64,000 nt of DNA from contig OZ024741.1 in assembly GCA_964016885.1 (NCBI GenBank), forward strand, positions 94,984,001 through 95,048,000, written 5' to 3'. A program made the position numbers and the translations under genes. The stretch's first letter is position 1; every line of letters starts with the position of its first letter. Positions 13,462-27,218 of this stretch are shown piece after piece. Under the pieces are notes generated by a model, which saw nothing but the letters and a program-made list of their open reading frames with translations, ran no database searches and was not told the DNA's origin. This DNA is from Eledone cirrhosa (taxonomy: Eukaryota).

Positions 13462-13895
13462 GGTAGAAGGCAATAGTGGCACTAAAATGATTAAGGTAGC
13501 AGGTAATATTAGCCCTAAAATGACAGGCTTAGAGTTATTGCATATGATGTACCAGTATATTGAGGGTGTATAAAGAGAAGGGGATAAGGATTAAGATGGA
13601 TGGAACTGGCAATAATTTGCGTCTTGATGGTCTCTAATGGTTCTAATTCTTCAAAATTTCAGTTTATTTTTCTCACCACATGTAAATTTTTTCAAGGTTA
13701 ATTTCTTTCTACTTTCTCTAACCAATGCAATTTATAGATCATGTAAAAAGGTATATGGATATATGAAATAGATAACTTATCCATTGATCCATTAATGAAA
13801 TATATCTTCGACTAGTATTGAACATAGTGAATTACAGAAACCTTTTTCAATTATTGGTTTGTATTCTTGAACTAAACCATATTATAATCTACATT

Positions 13896-14134
13896 TTAAC
13901 CCTTTTGATACCAACCTACCCCAAACCAGCTCAATGAAACAAAATGATCCATTTTAATGTTGTTCTATTTAAATTAATCTATTTAAATCTTGAAACCTAA
14001 TTTTATATAAGAACTATATGTTAAGTTAATATCTTAGTAAATCAAATAATAATTTTAGTAAATCCCTTAATAATTCTTCATTAATTAATTGAAATAGAGT
14101 GTATTTCATTAGAAATATGATCACGGAAGGGTAA
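13896..14134. mobile_element. TTAA-flanked MITE, same family as 11169-11411
   Basis: ttaacccttttgataccaacc...taaatccctt...tttcattagaaatat...cggaagggtaa is shared with 11169-11411. Confidence 0.55.
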
Positions 14135-14464
14135 CACATCCATTTTGCCATTTTAATGTGGTTTAGATGATATTGCAGTACAGTATGTTATTATTTTTCT
14201 TGATATTGCGCAATCTTGTCTTTAAGGCCCAACAACATCATAAGATCTAATGTGATCACTCTTTAGAGGTCTTTCTTGATCTTTACTTACCATAGGTACC
14301 ATCCACTGTATAATGAACAGGACACTTTTATTATCTCATTTACACCACATAGTACCCACTAGTGCATTTGCCTGTCTTGATACATTTAATGCCTTTGGCA
14401 TTTTCTATTCAATGGAACTCTGCACTCTGCAACAAGTTGATGGTGAATATCCAGTGAATCATAT

Positions 14465-14630
14465 ATCATCATCATCATTTTTACATCTGCTTTTCCCTGC
14501 TTGCAAGGGTGGGACGGGAACTGATTCTGGCTTGATTTCTACAGCTGGATGCCCTTCCTAACACCAACCTCATTTACAGTGAGTGCTGGGTGCTTTTTTG
14601 CCGAGGCACCTACACGTTCACTTTAGAGTG
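14465..14630 (-). mobile_element. RTE 3' UTR fragment
   Basis: (ATC)n...gatttctacagctggatgcccttcctaacaccaacctcatttacagtgagtgctgggtgctttt is a reverse match to 26630-26700. Confidence 0.85.
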
Positions 14631-14659
14631 GAATGAAATGGACCCCAGTCCCTATCATG

Positions 14660-14800
14660 TCATTTCTACAGCTGAGTAAACTGGAGCAATGTGAAAATAA
14701 AGTGTCTTGCTCATGGAAACAACACATCGCCTGGTCTGAGAATTGAACTCACAATCTTTCGATTGCAAGGTCAATGCTCTAACCACTAAGCCATGTGCCT
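14660..14800 (-). mobile_element. tRNA-derived SINE head with A and B boxes
   Basis: Minus strand: TGGCTTAGTGG (A box, 14783-14793) and GAGTTCAATTC (B box, 14740-14750). There is no full cloverleaf. Confidence 0.7.
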
Positions 14801-15057
14801 CAATATATTATATTATATATATATATATTATATTTATATATATATATTTCGTTTCTGAATTTGTTTAGCAAGATTCTTTATCTGAAAACGTGTGTTGAAA
14901 CCGATATTGTTATACTTTGGGAGGGTCATGTTGCCAATAAGAAACACACGCACCAGTTGCTTTCACTTCAATTTATTATAATAAATTTATAAATTTAGGA
15001 ATTTATAAATTTCTGGTTGGTTGGTTGGTTCCACAACCAGATAGTTGTTTATATATT

Positions 15058-15100
15058 GTCAAAGTTCTTTCTTCACACATTCTGTGACCTCTTCAGTGAC
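15058..15100 (-). ncRNA. Hammerhead ribozyme-like motif, inverted copy
   Basis: Minus strand GTCA-CTGAAGA-G-GTCACA-GAATG-TGTGAA-GAAA-GAAC-TT-TGAC. The base of stem II has a mismatch relative to the 18.6 kb copy. Confidence 0.5.
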
Positions 15101-15678
15101 TGGGGATTCTTTTCTTTGTTTTTGTGCCTCTCCTTTGTTCTGTCCTACACCATTTTGTTTCGGTGTGTGTGTTGTGTGCTCAGTCTGCGCATGCGCCACA
15201 TCCGGGTGTCTGTGTGTGTTTATATTTGTTTATTTATTTGTTTATTTACATGTTACCGATTGGTTGTTTGTTCTATGTGCGTGTGTGTTTTCATTTTGTC
15301 CTTAATTGTAAGTTGTGATGTTGCTGTTCCACTCATATTTTCTATTTAATTTTGGTTGTAATTCTTTTATGTTTATTGCCTCTGTGATTTGTCTAAACAT
15401 TGTGTCTTTTCTGTGTGTAGATTCTATTTTTATTTCTATGTTCTCTAATTTACCCCTATGTTCTATTTTAACATGTTGGTAGAGTACAGATGATTCTTTA
15501 CTATCTTGAAGGTCTCGCCAGTGTTCATTTATCCGTTCCCCTACACTACGAGCTGTCTCACTTATGTACACTATATTTTTGTCTCTACATTGTCCTTCAG
15601 TACATCTTATGCTATACACTACATTTCTAGTTTTACAGTTAATATGGGGGCTTATTTTACAGGTTATACATTTCTTAT

Positions 15679-18449
15679 AACACACACGGAGACAACAACA
15701 ACAACACACATCAACAACAGCACACATCAACAACAACAACACACACACATTCAATGCCTCTCACCACCACCACAATCTTAACAAACACACAGACACAGAA
15801 AACAAGTAATGACAGTAGCACAGAAAACACAGAAATAAGGGAAAGTAATAGGATTAAAAGGAGAGGGGAGACTATGGACAAAGAAAATAACCAAGACGAA
15901 CACACAGACACACAAAATAGAGTAGATAATAACAATGAGCCAGTGGAAAGAGACAGGAGTAATAATGAGAGACATAGAAACAACCATGAGGCTGTTGGTA
16001 GAAATAGAAATAGAAACAACACAACTAACAATAACAATAGCACTAGTACACATAAAGCAGCAGCCTGGAACTCTACTTTTTATAATCCCTCCGATAAGTC
16101 ATTCGACCTGCGACGAGTCCACGCCACGACTTTACCATTTAACAAACGCACGCAATTGCCGTCGCAGGTCGATGAACAAACAGAAGCACAATTTAGTATA
16201 GCTAGATCCGAACTTAGAAATATTATAGAACAGTATAGCAAGAAGCATAATAGAATGGAGGCCCAGCAACTGGGAGAAAAATCTGCAAATGGCTTGCGTA
16301 AGCTCATGCAGCGCTCGCGTAATGGAGAGATAGCATGCTTTCCAACAGACACGTCTGGCAGAATGTCGGTTGACAGCCTGCCAAACTACATCCAGGCAAT
16401 GCAGCCCCACATCACTAACACAAGAGAGGTAACACCACAGGAGCATGAGGATAGAGAAAAATCCCTCAATGCCCATATGGTGATGTGAACGAATATAATG
16501 CAGCCCAACAAAAGGACTGCCAATAACTTCCAGGCCTGGAACAATGACGTGCCGACGTTGTATGGGCTTCGAAAAGACCATAAAACGGGCAGTGACCCTG
16601 TCACGGGACCACCAACACGGCCAGTCTGTGGAGCTAACATTGCTAGTAACTACAGACTGTCCTACTTCCTCTCCCTGATCATACGCCCCATCATTGAAAT
16701 GTCCCCAGATGTATGTGACAGCACGGAGGACCTCCTCAGCAGAATCAGCGAGAGTAACCGATCTAGGGACCTAAAAACTGCATAATAGGTGGTATGGATG
16801 TTGTGTCCCTGTATCCATCTATTGATGTGGAATTTGCTGTGGAGAAATGCGTAGAAATGATCAGTGAGAGCAATGTTGAGTTCCGTGGGATTGATACCAG
16901 TGAGCTGGGACTCTTACTTAAACTTACCTATAGTAATAATTACCTAGACACATATGACCTTAGCAACCTGTGCCCTACAAGACCAGCAAGAGGCAGACCA
17001 CCTACCATTACCTCAATGGCCAAGAAAACCCACACAGGTAGATGGAACGGGTGGACCAGAGCCATACGGACACCCGAAAACCACGATGAACTGAAGAAAA
17101 TGATTGCACATGCGGTAGGGGCCAGCATAAAACTAACCCTTAAGGAACATATGTTCAAATTTAATGGAAAAACATATGCCCAAGAGGAAGGAGCGGCCAT
17201 TGGAGTTAGCATTGCAGGCGAAATAGCTAACTTATTCATGGTATGGTGGGACAGTAGACTTAAACTGAAACTTAAGGAACAATTAGAAGACCCCTTAACC
17301 CTGATAATGTACTCCCGCTACGTTGATGATATAAACATCGTAGTTAAGACACTCCCACTAGAGAACAGTCAGGAACTAGAGAAAAACACAATGGAAAGCA
17401 TCCAGCAAATAGCTAACTCCATCCACCTGAGTATTAGAGTTACTATAGACTACCCAAGTGAACACCCCAACCATCGATTACCTGTACTAGACACAGAGCT
17501 CTGGTTAGATACCATTAATAACAAAAAACAAATCCTCCATTCCCATTATGCCAAACCCATGACTTCCAAACATCTGATCCACCGAAACTCAGCTGTTTCG
17601 GACCATACCAAAATCAACATACTGATTGCGGATTTGGTACGGGTGATGAGAAACGTGTCCCGCATGTGCAACCCTGAAGAACTAGAGAGACACATACAAC
17701 ACTTCATCCACCGTATGCAGTTCTCTGGTTACAACCAGAGAGATAAAATCAGAGTGTATAGAGGAGCCAGAACCAAATGGGAAAAAATGGTAAATAATGA
17801 CACAAATGGGACCTGCCCCTTGTATAGGAGCAAATTTTGGAATAGAATAGAAAGAACTAGGAATAAGACTAATAGAATAAACTCATGGTATGATAGCAAT
17901 AAATACCAGAGTGTAATGTTCATCGATACAACCCCTAGAGGTGAATTAGCTTACAAATTTAGAAGGACCCTAGATAAACATAAACTCAATATTAAGATAG
18001 TAGAAAGACCAGGTACCTCCATAAAAACACTTATTAGCAAGACATACCCTTTTCAAAGACCCCCCTGTATAGATAAGAAATGTATAACCTGTAAAATAAG
18101 CCCCCATATTAACTGTAAAACTAGAAATGTAGTGTATAGCATAAGATGTACTGAAGGACAATGTAGAGACAAAAATATAGTGTACATAGGTGAGACAGCT
18201 CGTAGTGTAGGGGAACGGATAAATGAACACTGGCGAGACCTTCAAGATAGTAAAGAATCATCTGTACTCTACCAACATGCTAAAATAGAACATAAGGGTA
18301 AATTAGAGAACATAGAAATAAAAATAGAATCTACACACAGAAAAGATGCAATGTTTAAACAAATCACAGAGGCAATAAACATAAAAGAATTACAACCAAA
18401 ATTAAATAGAAAATATGAGTGGAACAGCAACATCACAACTTACAATTAA
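15679..18449 (+). pseudogene. Penelope-like RT/GIY-YIG polyprotein, disrupted
   Basis: Motifs PTLYGLRKDHK, PPTRPVC, MDVVSLYPSID, QEEGAAIGVSIAGEIANLFM, RYVDDI and LPVLD, a CxxxxCxxC linker, and VVYSIRC...VYIGETARSVGERINEH. There is an in-frame TGA at 16486-16488 and a frameshift near 16785. The frame is open from the junction at 15679. Confidence 0.92.
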
Positions 18450-18487
18450 TGACAAAATGAAAACACACACGCACATAGAACAAACAA

Positions 18488-18590
18488 CCAATCGGTAACA
18501 TGTAAATAAACAAATATAAACACACACAGACACCCGGATGTGGCGCATGCGCAGACTGAGCACACAGCACACACACAGACACAAAATGGT
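18488..18590 (+). promoter_or_regulatory. Candidate Pol II promoter motifs in the Penelope 3' repeat
   Basis: CCAAT (18488), ETS-like CCGGATGT (18534) and NRF1-type GCGCATGCGC (18543-18552), upstream of the hammerhead motif. All are retained in the inverted copy. Motif match only. Confidence 0.35.
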
Positions 18591-18638
18591 GTAGGACAGA
18601 ACAAAGGAGAGGCAAAAAAACAAAGAAAAGAATCCCCA

Positions 18639-18681
18639 GTCACTGAAGAAGTCACAGAATGTGTGACGAAAGAACTTTGAC
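18639..18681 (+). ncRNA. Minimal type I hammerhead ribozyme-like motif
   Basis: Stem I GTCA/TGAC, core CTGAAGA plus one extra A, stem II GTCACA/TGTGAC, GAAA, a minimal stem III, and triplet CUU (predicted cut after 18677). Hammerheads in Penelope pLTRs are established. Confidence 0.62.
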
Positions 18682-18829
18682 AATATATAAACAACTATCT
18701 GGTTGTGGAACCAACCAACCAGAAATTTATAAATTCCTAAATTTATAAATTTATTATAATAAATTGAAGTGAAAGCAACTGGTGCGTGTGTTTCTTATTG
18801 GCAACATGACCCTCCCAAAGTATAACAAT

Positions 18830-21054
<2,225 letters not shown>

Positions 21055-21186
21055 TTGTTATACTTTGGGAGGGTCATGTTGCCAATAAGAAACACACGCA
21101 ACATGACCCTCCCAAAGTATAACAATATCGGTTTCAACACACGATTTCAGAAAAAGAATCTTGCTAAACAAATTCAGAAACGAAAT
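21055..21186 (+). mobile_element. Miniature fold-back insertion of the Penelope-like family
   Basis: An inverted pLTR end is joined at GCA to the forward pLTR end (...aaagtataacaat), followed by the 60-bp tail (21127-21186). It sits within (TA)n. Confidence 0.88.
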
Positions 21187-21343
21187 ATATATATATATTA
21201 TATATTATATATATATATATTATATATTATATATATATATATATATATATTTTATATATATATATATATATTATATATATATATTATATATATATATTAT
21301 ATATATATATTATATATATATATTATATATATATTATATATAT

Positions 21344-21834
21344 ATAAACTCCGACATCACACACTTACACCTCTCCAAGACAATGTCACTGGACCGAGAC
21401 CTTTGGCGGTACTCAGTAACAGAGAAGACCCGCCTTACCTAAATATATAGTAAAACCTACTCCAGCCAGTAGGCATCTCTAACAAATACACCCCGTCCCA
21501 CCACCCCCACCCGATCCACACCACCCCGTTCTATGTAAAGTTATGTTGGTGCCGCGCCATCGAGGCCGAAACAAATGAGATCGTGTAGGTGTCACGACAA
21601 AAAAACACACAGTCCACGCTGTAATGTGGCCGTGTAGGCAACACGGTAAAAACCTCCCAGACCCACACTGTAAATGTGGTTGGTGTTAGGAAGGGCATCC
21701 AACTGTAGAAAACCTGCCAGACAGTCCTATGCGAGCAAGACAATCACTCTTGCCTCAAGTGGGACTACCCCCGTCCAAACCCATGCAAGCGTGGAACACG
21801 GACGTTAAACGCTGATGATGATGATGATGATGAT
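21344..21834 (+). mobile_element. 5'-truncated RTE copy (subfamily A)
   Basis: C-terminal INSDITHLHLSK...TRLT, 3' UTR and (GAT)n. Nearly identical in reverse to 23551-24043. Confidence 0.92.
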
Positions 21835-21877
21835 ATATATTATATATATATATATTATATATTATATATATATATAT

Positions 21878-21969
<92 letters not shown>

Positions 21970-22031
21970 ATTATATATATATATTATATATATATATTAT
22001 ATATATATATATATATTATATATATATATAT

Positions 22032-22126
<95 letters not shown>

Positions 22127-22130
22127 ATAT

Positions 22131-22183
<53 letters not shown>

Positions 22184-22217
22184 ATATATATATATATAAT
22201 ATATAATATATATATAT
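21835..22217. repeat. Interrupted (TA)n
   Basis: Direct reading. Interruptions switch from TT to AA near 22180. Confidence 0.95.
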
Positions 22218-22350
22218 ATTTCGTTTCTGAATTTGTTTAGCAAGATTCTTTTTCTGAAATCGTGTGTTGAAACCGATATTGTTATACTTTGGGAGGGTCA
22301 TGTTGCGTGTGTTTCTTATTGGCAACATGACCCTCCCAAAGTATAACAAT
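22218..22350 (-). mobile_element. Miniature fold-back Penelope-like insertion, reverse complement of 21055-21186
   Basis: Same junction and same tail variants as 21055-21186. Confidence 0.88.
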
Positions 22351-22424
22351 ATATATATATAATATATATATATAATATATATATAATATATATATAATAT
22401 ATATATATAATATAATATATATAT

Positions 22425-22991
22425 AATGTCACTGGACCGAGACCTTTGGCGGTACTCAGTAATAGAGAAGACCCGCCTTACCTAAATACAAAGTAAAAAC
22501 CTACTACAGTCAGTAGGCACCTCTATCAAAACACACCCCCGTCCCACCACCTCCACCCCACCCACACCGCCCCTTTCAATGTAAAGTTATGTTGGTCCCA
22601 CAACATCCAGGCCGAAACAAATGAGATCGTGTAGGTGTCACGACAAAAAACACACAGTCCACGCTGTAAATGTGGCAGTGTAGGCAACACGGTAAAAACC
22701 TCCCAGCCCCACACTGTAAATGTGGTTGGTGTTAGGAAGGGCATCCAGCTGTAGAAAACCCGCCAGACAGTCCACGCTGTAATGTGGCCGTGTAGGCAAC
22801 ACGGTAAAAACCTCCCAGCCCCACACTGTAAATGTGGTTGGTGTTAGGAAGGGCATCCAACTGTAGAAAACCCGCCAGACAGTCCTATGCGAGCAAGACA
22901 ACCACTCTTGCCTCAAGTGGGAAAACCCCCGTCCAAACCCATGCAAGCGTGGAACACGGACGCTAAACCTGATGATGATGATGATGATGAT
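22425..22991 (+). mobile_element. 5'-truncated RTE copy with an internal ~113-bp tandem duplication
   Basis: 3' UTR and (GAT)n. ACAGTCC at 22654, 22767 and 22879 bounds the duplicated unit. Confidence 0.9.
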
Positions 22992-23084
22992 ATTATATAT
23001 ATATATATTATATATATATATTATATATATATATATTATATATATATATATTATATATATATATTATATATATATATATTATAT

Positions 23085-23303
23085 ATAACGAAGGAAATGT
23101 GGTAAGGAACCAGGTGGACCATAACGCACCAAAGTACTCAATACTTGAGGTAGTAGAGTGGGTAATAGGAACCAGTAAGACCCCGACAGCTGAGCTCAAG
23201 CCGTTTCGACGGCTAATTCTGGACTGTTTCGACGGCTAATTCAGTCCAGAATTAGCCGTCGAAACGGCTTGAGCTCAGCTGTCGGGGTCTTACTGGTTCC
23301 TAT
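23085..23303 (-). mobile_element. Fold-back mini-element (62-bp inverted arms + 80-bp tail); probable second Penelope-like family
   Basis: Arms at 23165-23226 and 23242-23303, with the tail (23085-23164) on one arm only. Both ends finish in TAT and abut (TA)n. It has the same architecture as 21055-21186. Confidence 0.65.
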
Positions 23304-23317
23304 ATTATATATATATA

Positions 23318-23362
<45 letters not shown>

Positions 23363-23370
23363 ATATATAT

Positions 23371-23404
<34 letters not shown>

Positions 23405-23447
23405 ATATATATTATATATATATATCTATATATATATATATTATATA

Positions 23448-23516
<69 letters not shown>

Positions 23517-23550
23517 ATATATATATTATATATATATATATATATTATAT

Positions 23551-24849
23551 ATCATCATCATCATCATCATCAACGTTTAACGTCCGTGTTCCACGCTTGC
23601 ATGGGTTTGGACGGGGGTAGTCCCACTTGAGGCAAGAGTGATTGTCTTGCTCGCATAGGACTGTCTGGCAGGTTTTCTACAGTTGGATGCCCTTCCTAAC
23701 ACCAACCACATTTACAGTGTGGGTCTGGGAGGTTTTTACCGTGTTGACTACACGGCCACATTACAGCGTGGACTGTGTGTTTTTTTGTCGTGACACCTAC
23801 ACGATCTCATTTGTTTCGGCCTCGATGGCGCGGCACCAACATAACTTTACATAGAACGGGGTGGTGTGGATCGGGTGGTGGTGGTGGGACGGGGTGTAAT
23901 TTTGTTAGAGATGCCTACTGGCTGGAGTAGGTTTTACTATATATTTAGGTAAGGCGGGTCTTCTCTGTTACTGAGTACCGCCAAAGGTCTCGGTCCAGTG
24001 ACATTGTCTTGGAGAGGTGTAAGTGTGTGATGTCGGAGTTTATCAGCTCGTCCCAGGTTTTTCTAGGTCTGCCTATTCCGTGACTACCGTCTATCTTTAT
24101 TGCCCTGCACTTTGTTATACAGCTATCGACTTTCATGCGCATCACGTGTCCATACCAACGTAGCCTTCTCTCGAGTAAACAACATCTGATCCCTCTTATC
24201 TCTAATTTTTTCCTTAGTTCGTTTATGCTTTGCCGTTCACGTATATTACTGTTACACATCCAGCGGAGCATGCAAGCTTCGTTCCTCTCTAGTCTGCGTA
24301 TATCCTCTGCACACAATGCCCAGGTCTCACTGCCATGCAGCATTGCTGTTCGTATGCAGGCATCGTACAACCTGCCTTTCATTTTTAGTGAGAACCCTTT
24401 AGCAGCTAATAGTGGTATAAGCTCTCTGAACTTTTTCCAACCAGTTCTGACTCTAGCTACAGTACTTTCAGAGCACCCTCCCCCACTGCTGATTTTATCG
24501 CCCAGGTAACGGAAGCTGTCCACTATTTCTATAGAACCCTCTGCGCAATTGAAAGAGCTAGTAGTTTGTGGGCACTTGCTGCTACTTATTGCACCAGAGC
24601 ACCGGCCACATGTAAAATCTATGTTCTTAGTTAGCTTACCTGTGATCCCACTACATCTTTTATGCACCCATACTTTGCATTTAGGACATAAAATGGAGTT
24701 TCTACCTACGCCTTTCCTACACACCGAGCACGACCATTTCCCAGAAGGGACCGCCGCCTTGTTTTCTTTCCTACAAACTAGTACTTTGGTCTTAGCCAGG
24801 TTAATTTTAAGTCCTTTTGACTCTAGGCCGTGCTTCCATGTTTGGAATT

Positions 24850-24850
<1 letters not shown>
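23551..24850 (-). mobile_element. 5'-truncated RTE copy (subfamily A)
   Basis: ORF 23945-24724 is homologous to 300-1130. (ATC)n at 23551-23571, with (TA)n flanks. Confidence 0.95.
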
Positions 24851-24883
<33 letters not shown>

Positions 24884-25011
24884 ATATTATATATATTATA
24901 TATATATATATATTATATATATATATATATATTATATATATATATATATTATATATATATATATATTATATATATATATATTATATATATATATATATTA
25001 TATATATATAT

Positions 25012-26822
25012 ATACCAAAAGATTGGTGCAGTAGCATCATTGTCAACTGCTACAAAGGTAAAGGCGATGCACTAGATAGAGGAAACTATAGAGGTATAAA
25101 GTTGATGGACCAGGTCATGAAAGTAACAGAAAGAGTTATAGCACAGCTGATTAGGGACCGGGTGAATATAGACGAGATGCAATTTGGGTTTGTACCAGGG
25201 AAAGGCACCACTGATGCGCTCTTCCTTGTGAGGCAATTACAGGAAAAGTACCTAGCTAAAAGTAAGCCACTCTACTTGGCATTTGTCGACCTTGAGAAAG
25301 CCTTTGACAGAGTTCCACGTGCAGTAATCTGGTGGGCTCTTAGAAAACTAGGAGTAGATGAATGGCTTGTGAAAGCGGTACAAGCCATGTATAGGGGAGC
25401 AGTCAGCAAAGTTAGGATTGGCAATGAGTATAGCGAGGAATTTAGCGTACAGGTTGGGGTCCACCAGGGCTCTGTTCTTAGCCCTCTCCTGTTCATCATA
25501 GTCCTGCAGGCAATAACGGAGGAGTTTAAGACCGGATGCCCATGGGAACTCCTGTATGCTGATGACCTCGCACTCATAGCTGAATCTATGGTAGAACTAG
25601 AGAATAAATTCCAAACCTGGAAGCAGGGACTAGAGAGAAAGGGCCTCAAAGTCAACATGACAAAGACTAAGGTCCTTATAAGTAGACGAGAAAACAGAAC
25701 CCAGATCCCCTCAGGGAAATGGCCTTGCTCAGTATGTAGGAAAGGTGTAGGTAGGAACTCCATTCTTTGCCCCAAATGCAAACAATGGGTACACAAGAGA
25801 TGTAGCGGGATCTCAGGAAGCTTAATTAAGAATGTAGGATTCACATGCAGCAGCTGTGCTGAAACAGCAAGCAAACAGCCACAGGAAACAAGTACCACCA
25901 ATCTCTGGGAGGGCCCTGTAGAAACAGTAGACAGCTTCTGCTACCTAGGTGACCGAATTAGCAACGGAGGTGGGTGCTCAGAAAGTACAATAACTAGGGT
26001 AAGAACGGGATGGAAGAAGTTTAGGGAACTACTACCACTGCTAACTGCAAAAGGCTTCTCCCTCAGAATGAAAGGCAGACTGTATGATGCGTGTATCCGA
26101 ACAGCGATGTTGCATGGTAGTGAGACCTGGGCGCTGAAGGTGGAAGACTTACGTAGATTAGAGAGAAACGAAGCCTGCATGCTCCGATGGATGTGTAACA
26201 GTAATATACGTGAACGACAAAGCATAAATGAATTGAGAGAGAGACTGAGCATAAGAGGAATCAAATGCTGCGTGCAGGAGAGGCGGTTACGCTGGTATGG
26301 ACATGTGATGCGTATGAAGGATGACAGCTGCATAAAAAGGTGCAGAGCACTAGAAGTTGATGGAAACCGCGGAGTGGGGAGACCCAAGATGACTTGGGAT
26401 GAGGTGATAAAAGCCGACCTTACCCAACTACACCTCTCAAAGTCAATGACACACGACCGTGACTTCTGGCGTCACGCAGTAATACAGGGTACCCGACCTC
26501 CCATGGGTACATGCTGAAGCATATAAACAATATGCCCCCCCCCCCCCCCACCGCAAGGTGGTCGTGGAGGTGCCACGGCAAAAAAGCACCCAGCCCACAC
26601 TGTAAAGTGGACGTGTAGGCGCCACGAAAAAGCACCCAGCACTCACTGTAAATGAGGTTGGTGTTAGGAAGGGCATCCAGCTGTAGAAATCAAGCCAGAT
26701 CAGTTCCTGTATGAGCAAGGCATGGTCAGCCGACCAGACACTGCCCACAACAGGACAACCCGTCTAACCCATGCTAGCGTGGAAGAACGGACGTAAAACG
26801 GTGATGATGATGATGATGATGA
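25012..26822 (+). mobile_element. 5'-truncated RTE copy (subfamily B) with an open RT frame 25012-26517
   Basis: NYRGIKL, QFGF, AFVDLEKAFDRV, GVHQGSVLSP, YADD, Cys-rich finger and RLRWYGHV. The 3' UTR is distinct and ends in (GAT)n. The N-terminal IY run of ORF 24817-26517 is just TA repeat. Confidence 0.95.
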
Positions 26823-26910
26823 TATATATATATTATATATATATATATATTATATATATATATATTATATATATATATATTATATATATATATTTTATAT
26901 ATATATATAT

Positions 26911-26942
<32 letters not shown>

Positions 26943-26991
26943 ATATTATATATATATATATTATATATATATATATTATATATATATATAT

Positions 26992-27052
<61 letters not shown>

Positions 27053-27186
27053 ATATTATATATATATATATTATATATATATATATATTATATATATATA
27101 TATTTATATATATATATATATATATATCTATATATTATATATATATATCTATATATATATATATTATATATATATTACATATATAT

Positions 27187-27216
<30 letters not shown>

Positions 27217-27218
<2 letters not shown>

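Larger units (their letters stand above)
14846..18829 (+). mobile_element. Penelope-like retroelement (RT + GIY-YIG), 5'-truncated, with an inverted copy of its 3' end
   Basis: 14906-15678 is the reverse complement of ~18073-18829. A further 60-bp tail (14846-14905) is present on the left arm only. The body runs 15679-18829 and (TA)n lies on both sides. Confidence 0.93.

Noticed and set aside
14660-14800. tRNA gene
   Set aside because: A and B boxes are present but no acceptor stem, and the sequence continues into a repeated SINE body.
15302-15754. Stand-alone GIY-YIG nuclease gene on the minus strand
   Set aside because: It is the inverted duplicate of the Penelope C-terminus fused to antisense low-complexity sequence, with YIG changed to YIS.
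23242-23250. Shared CAGTCC start as a ribozyme cleavage site
   Set aside because: The GAAA/stem III/GUC arrangement lies downstream, so the shared start maps to the stem II loop rather than the scissile bond.
23085-23303. MITE or pre-miRNA
   Set aside because: The inverted repeat is not terminal (one arm has an 80-bp extension), and the architecture matches the neighbouring Penelope fold-backs. Not formally excluded.
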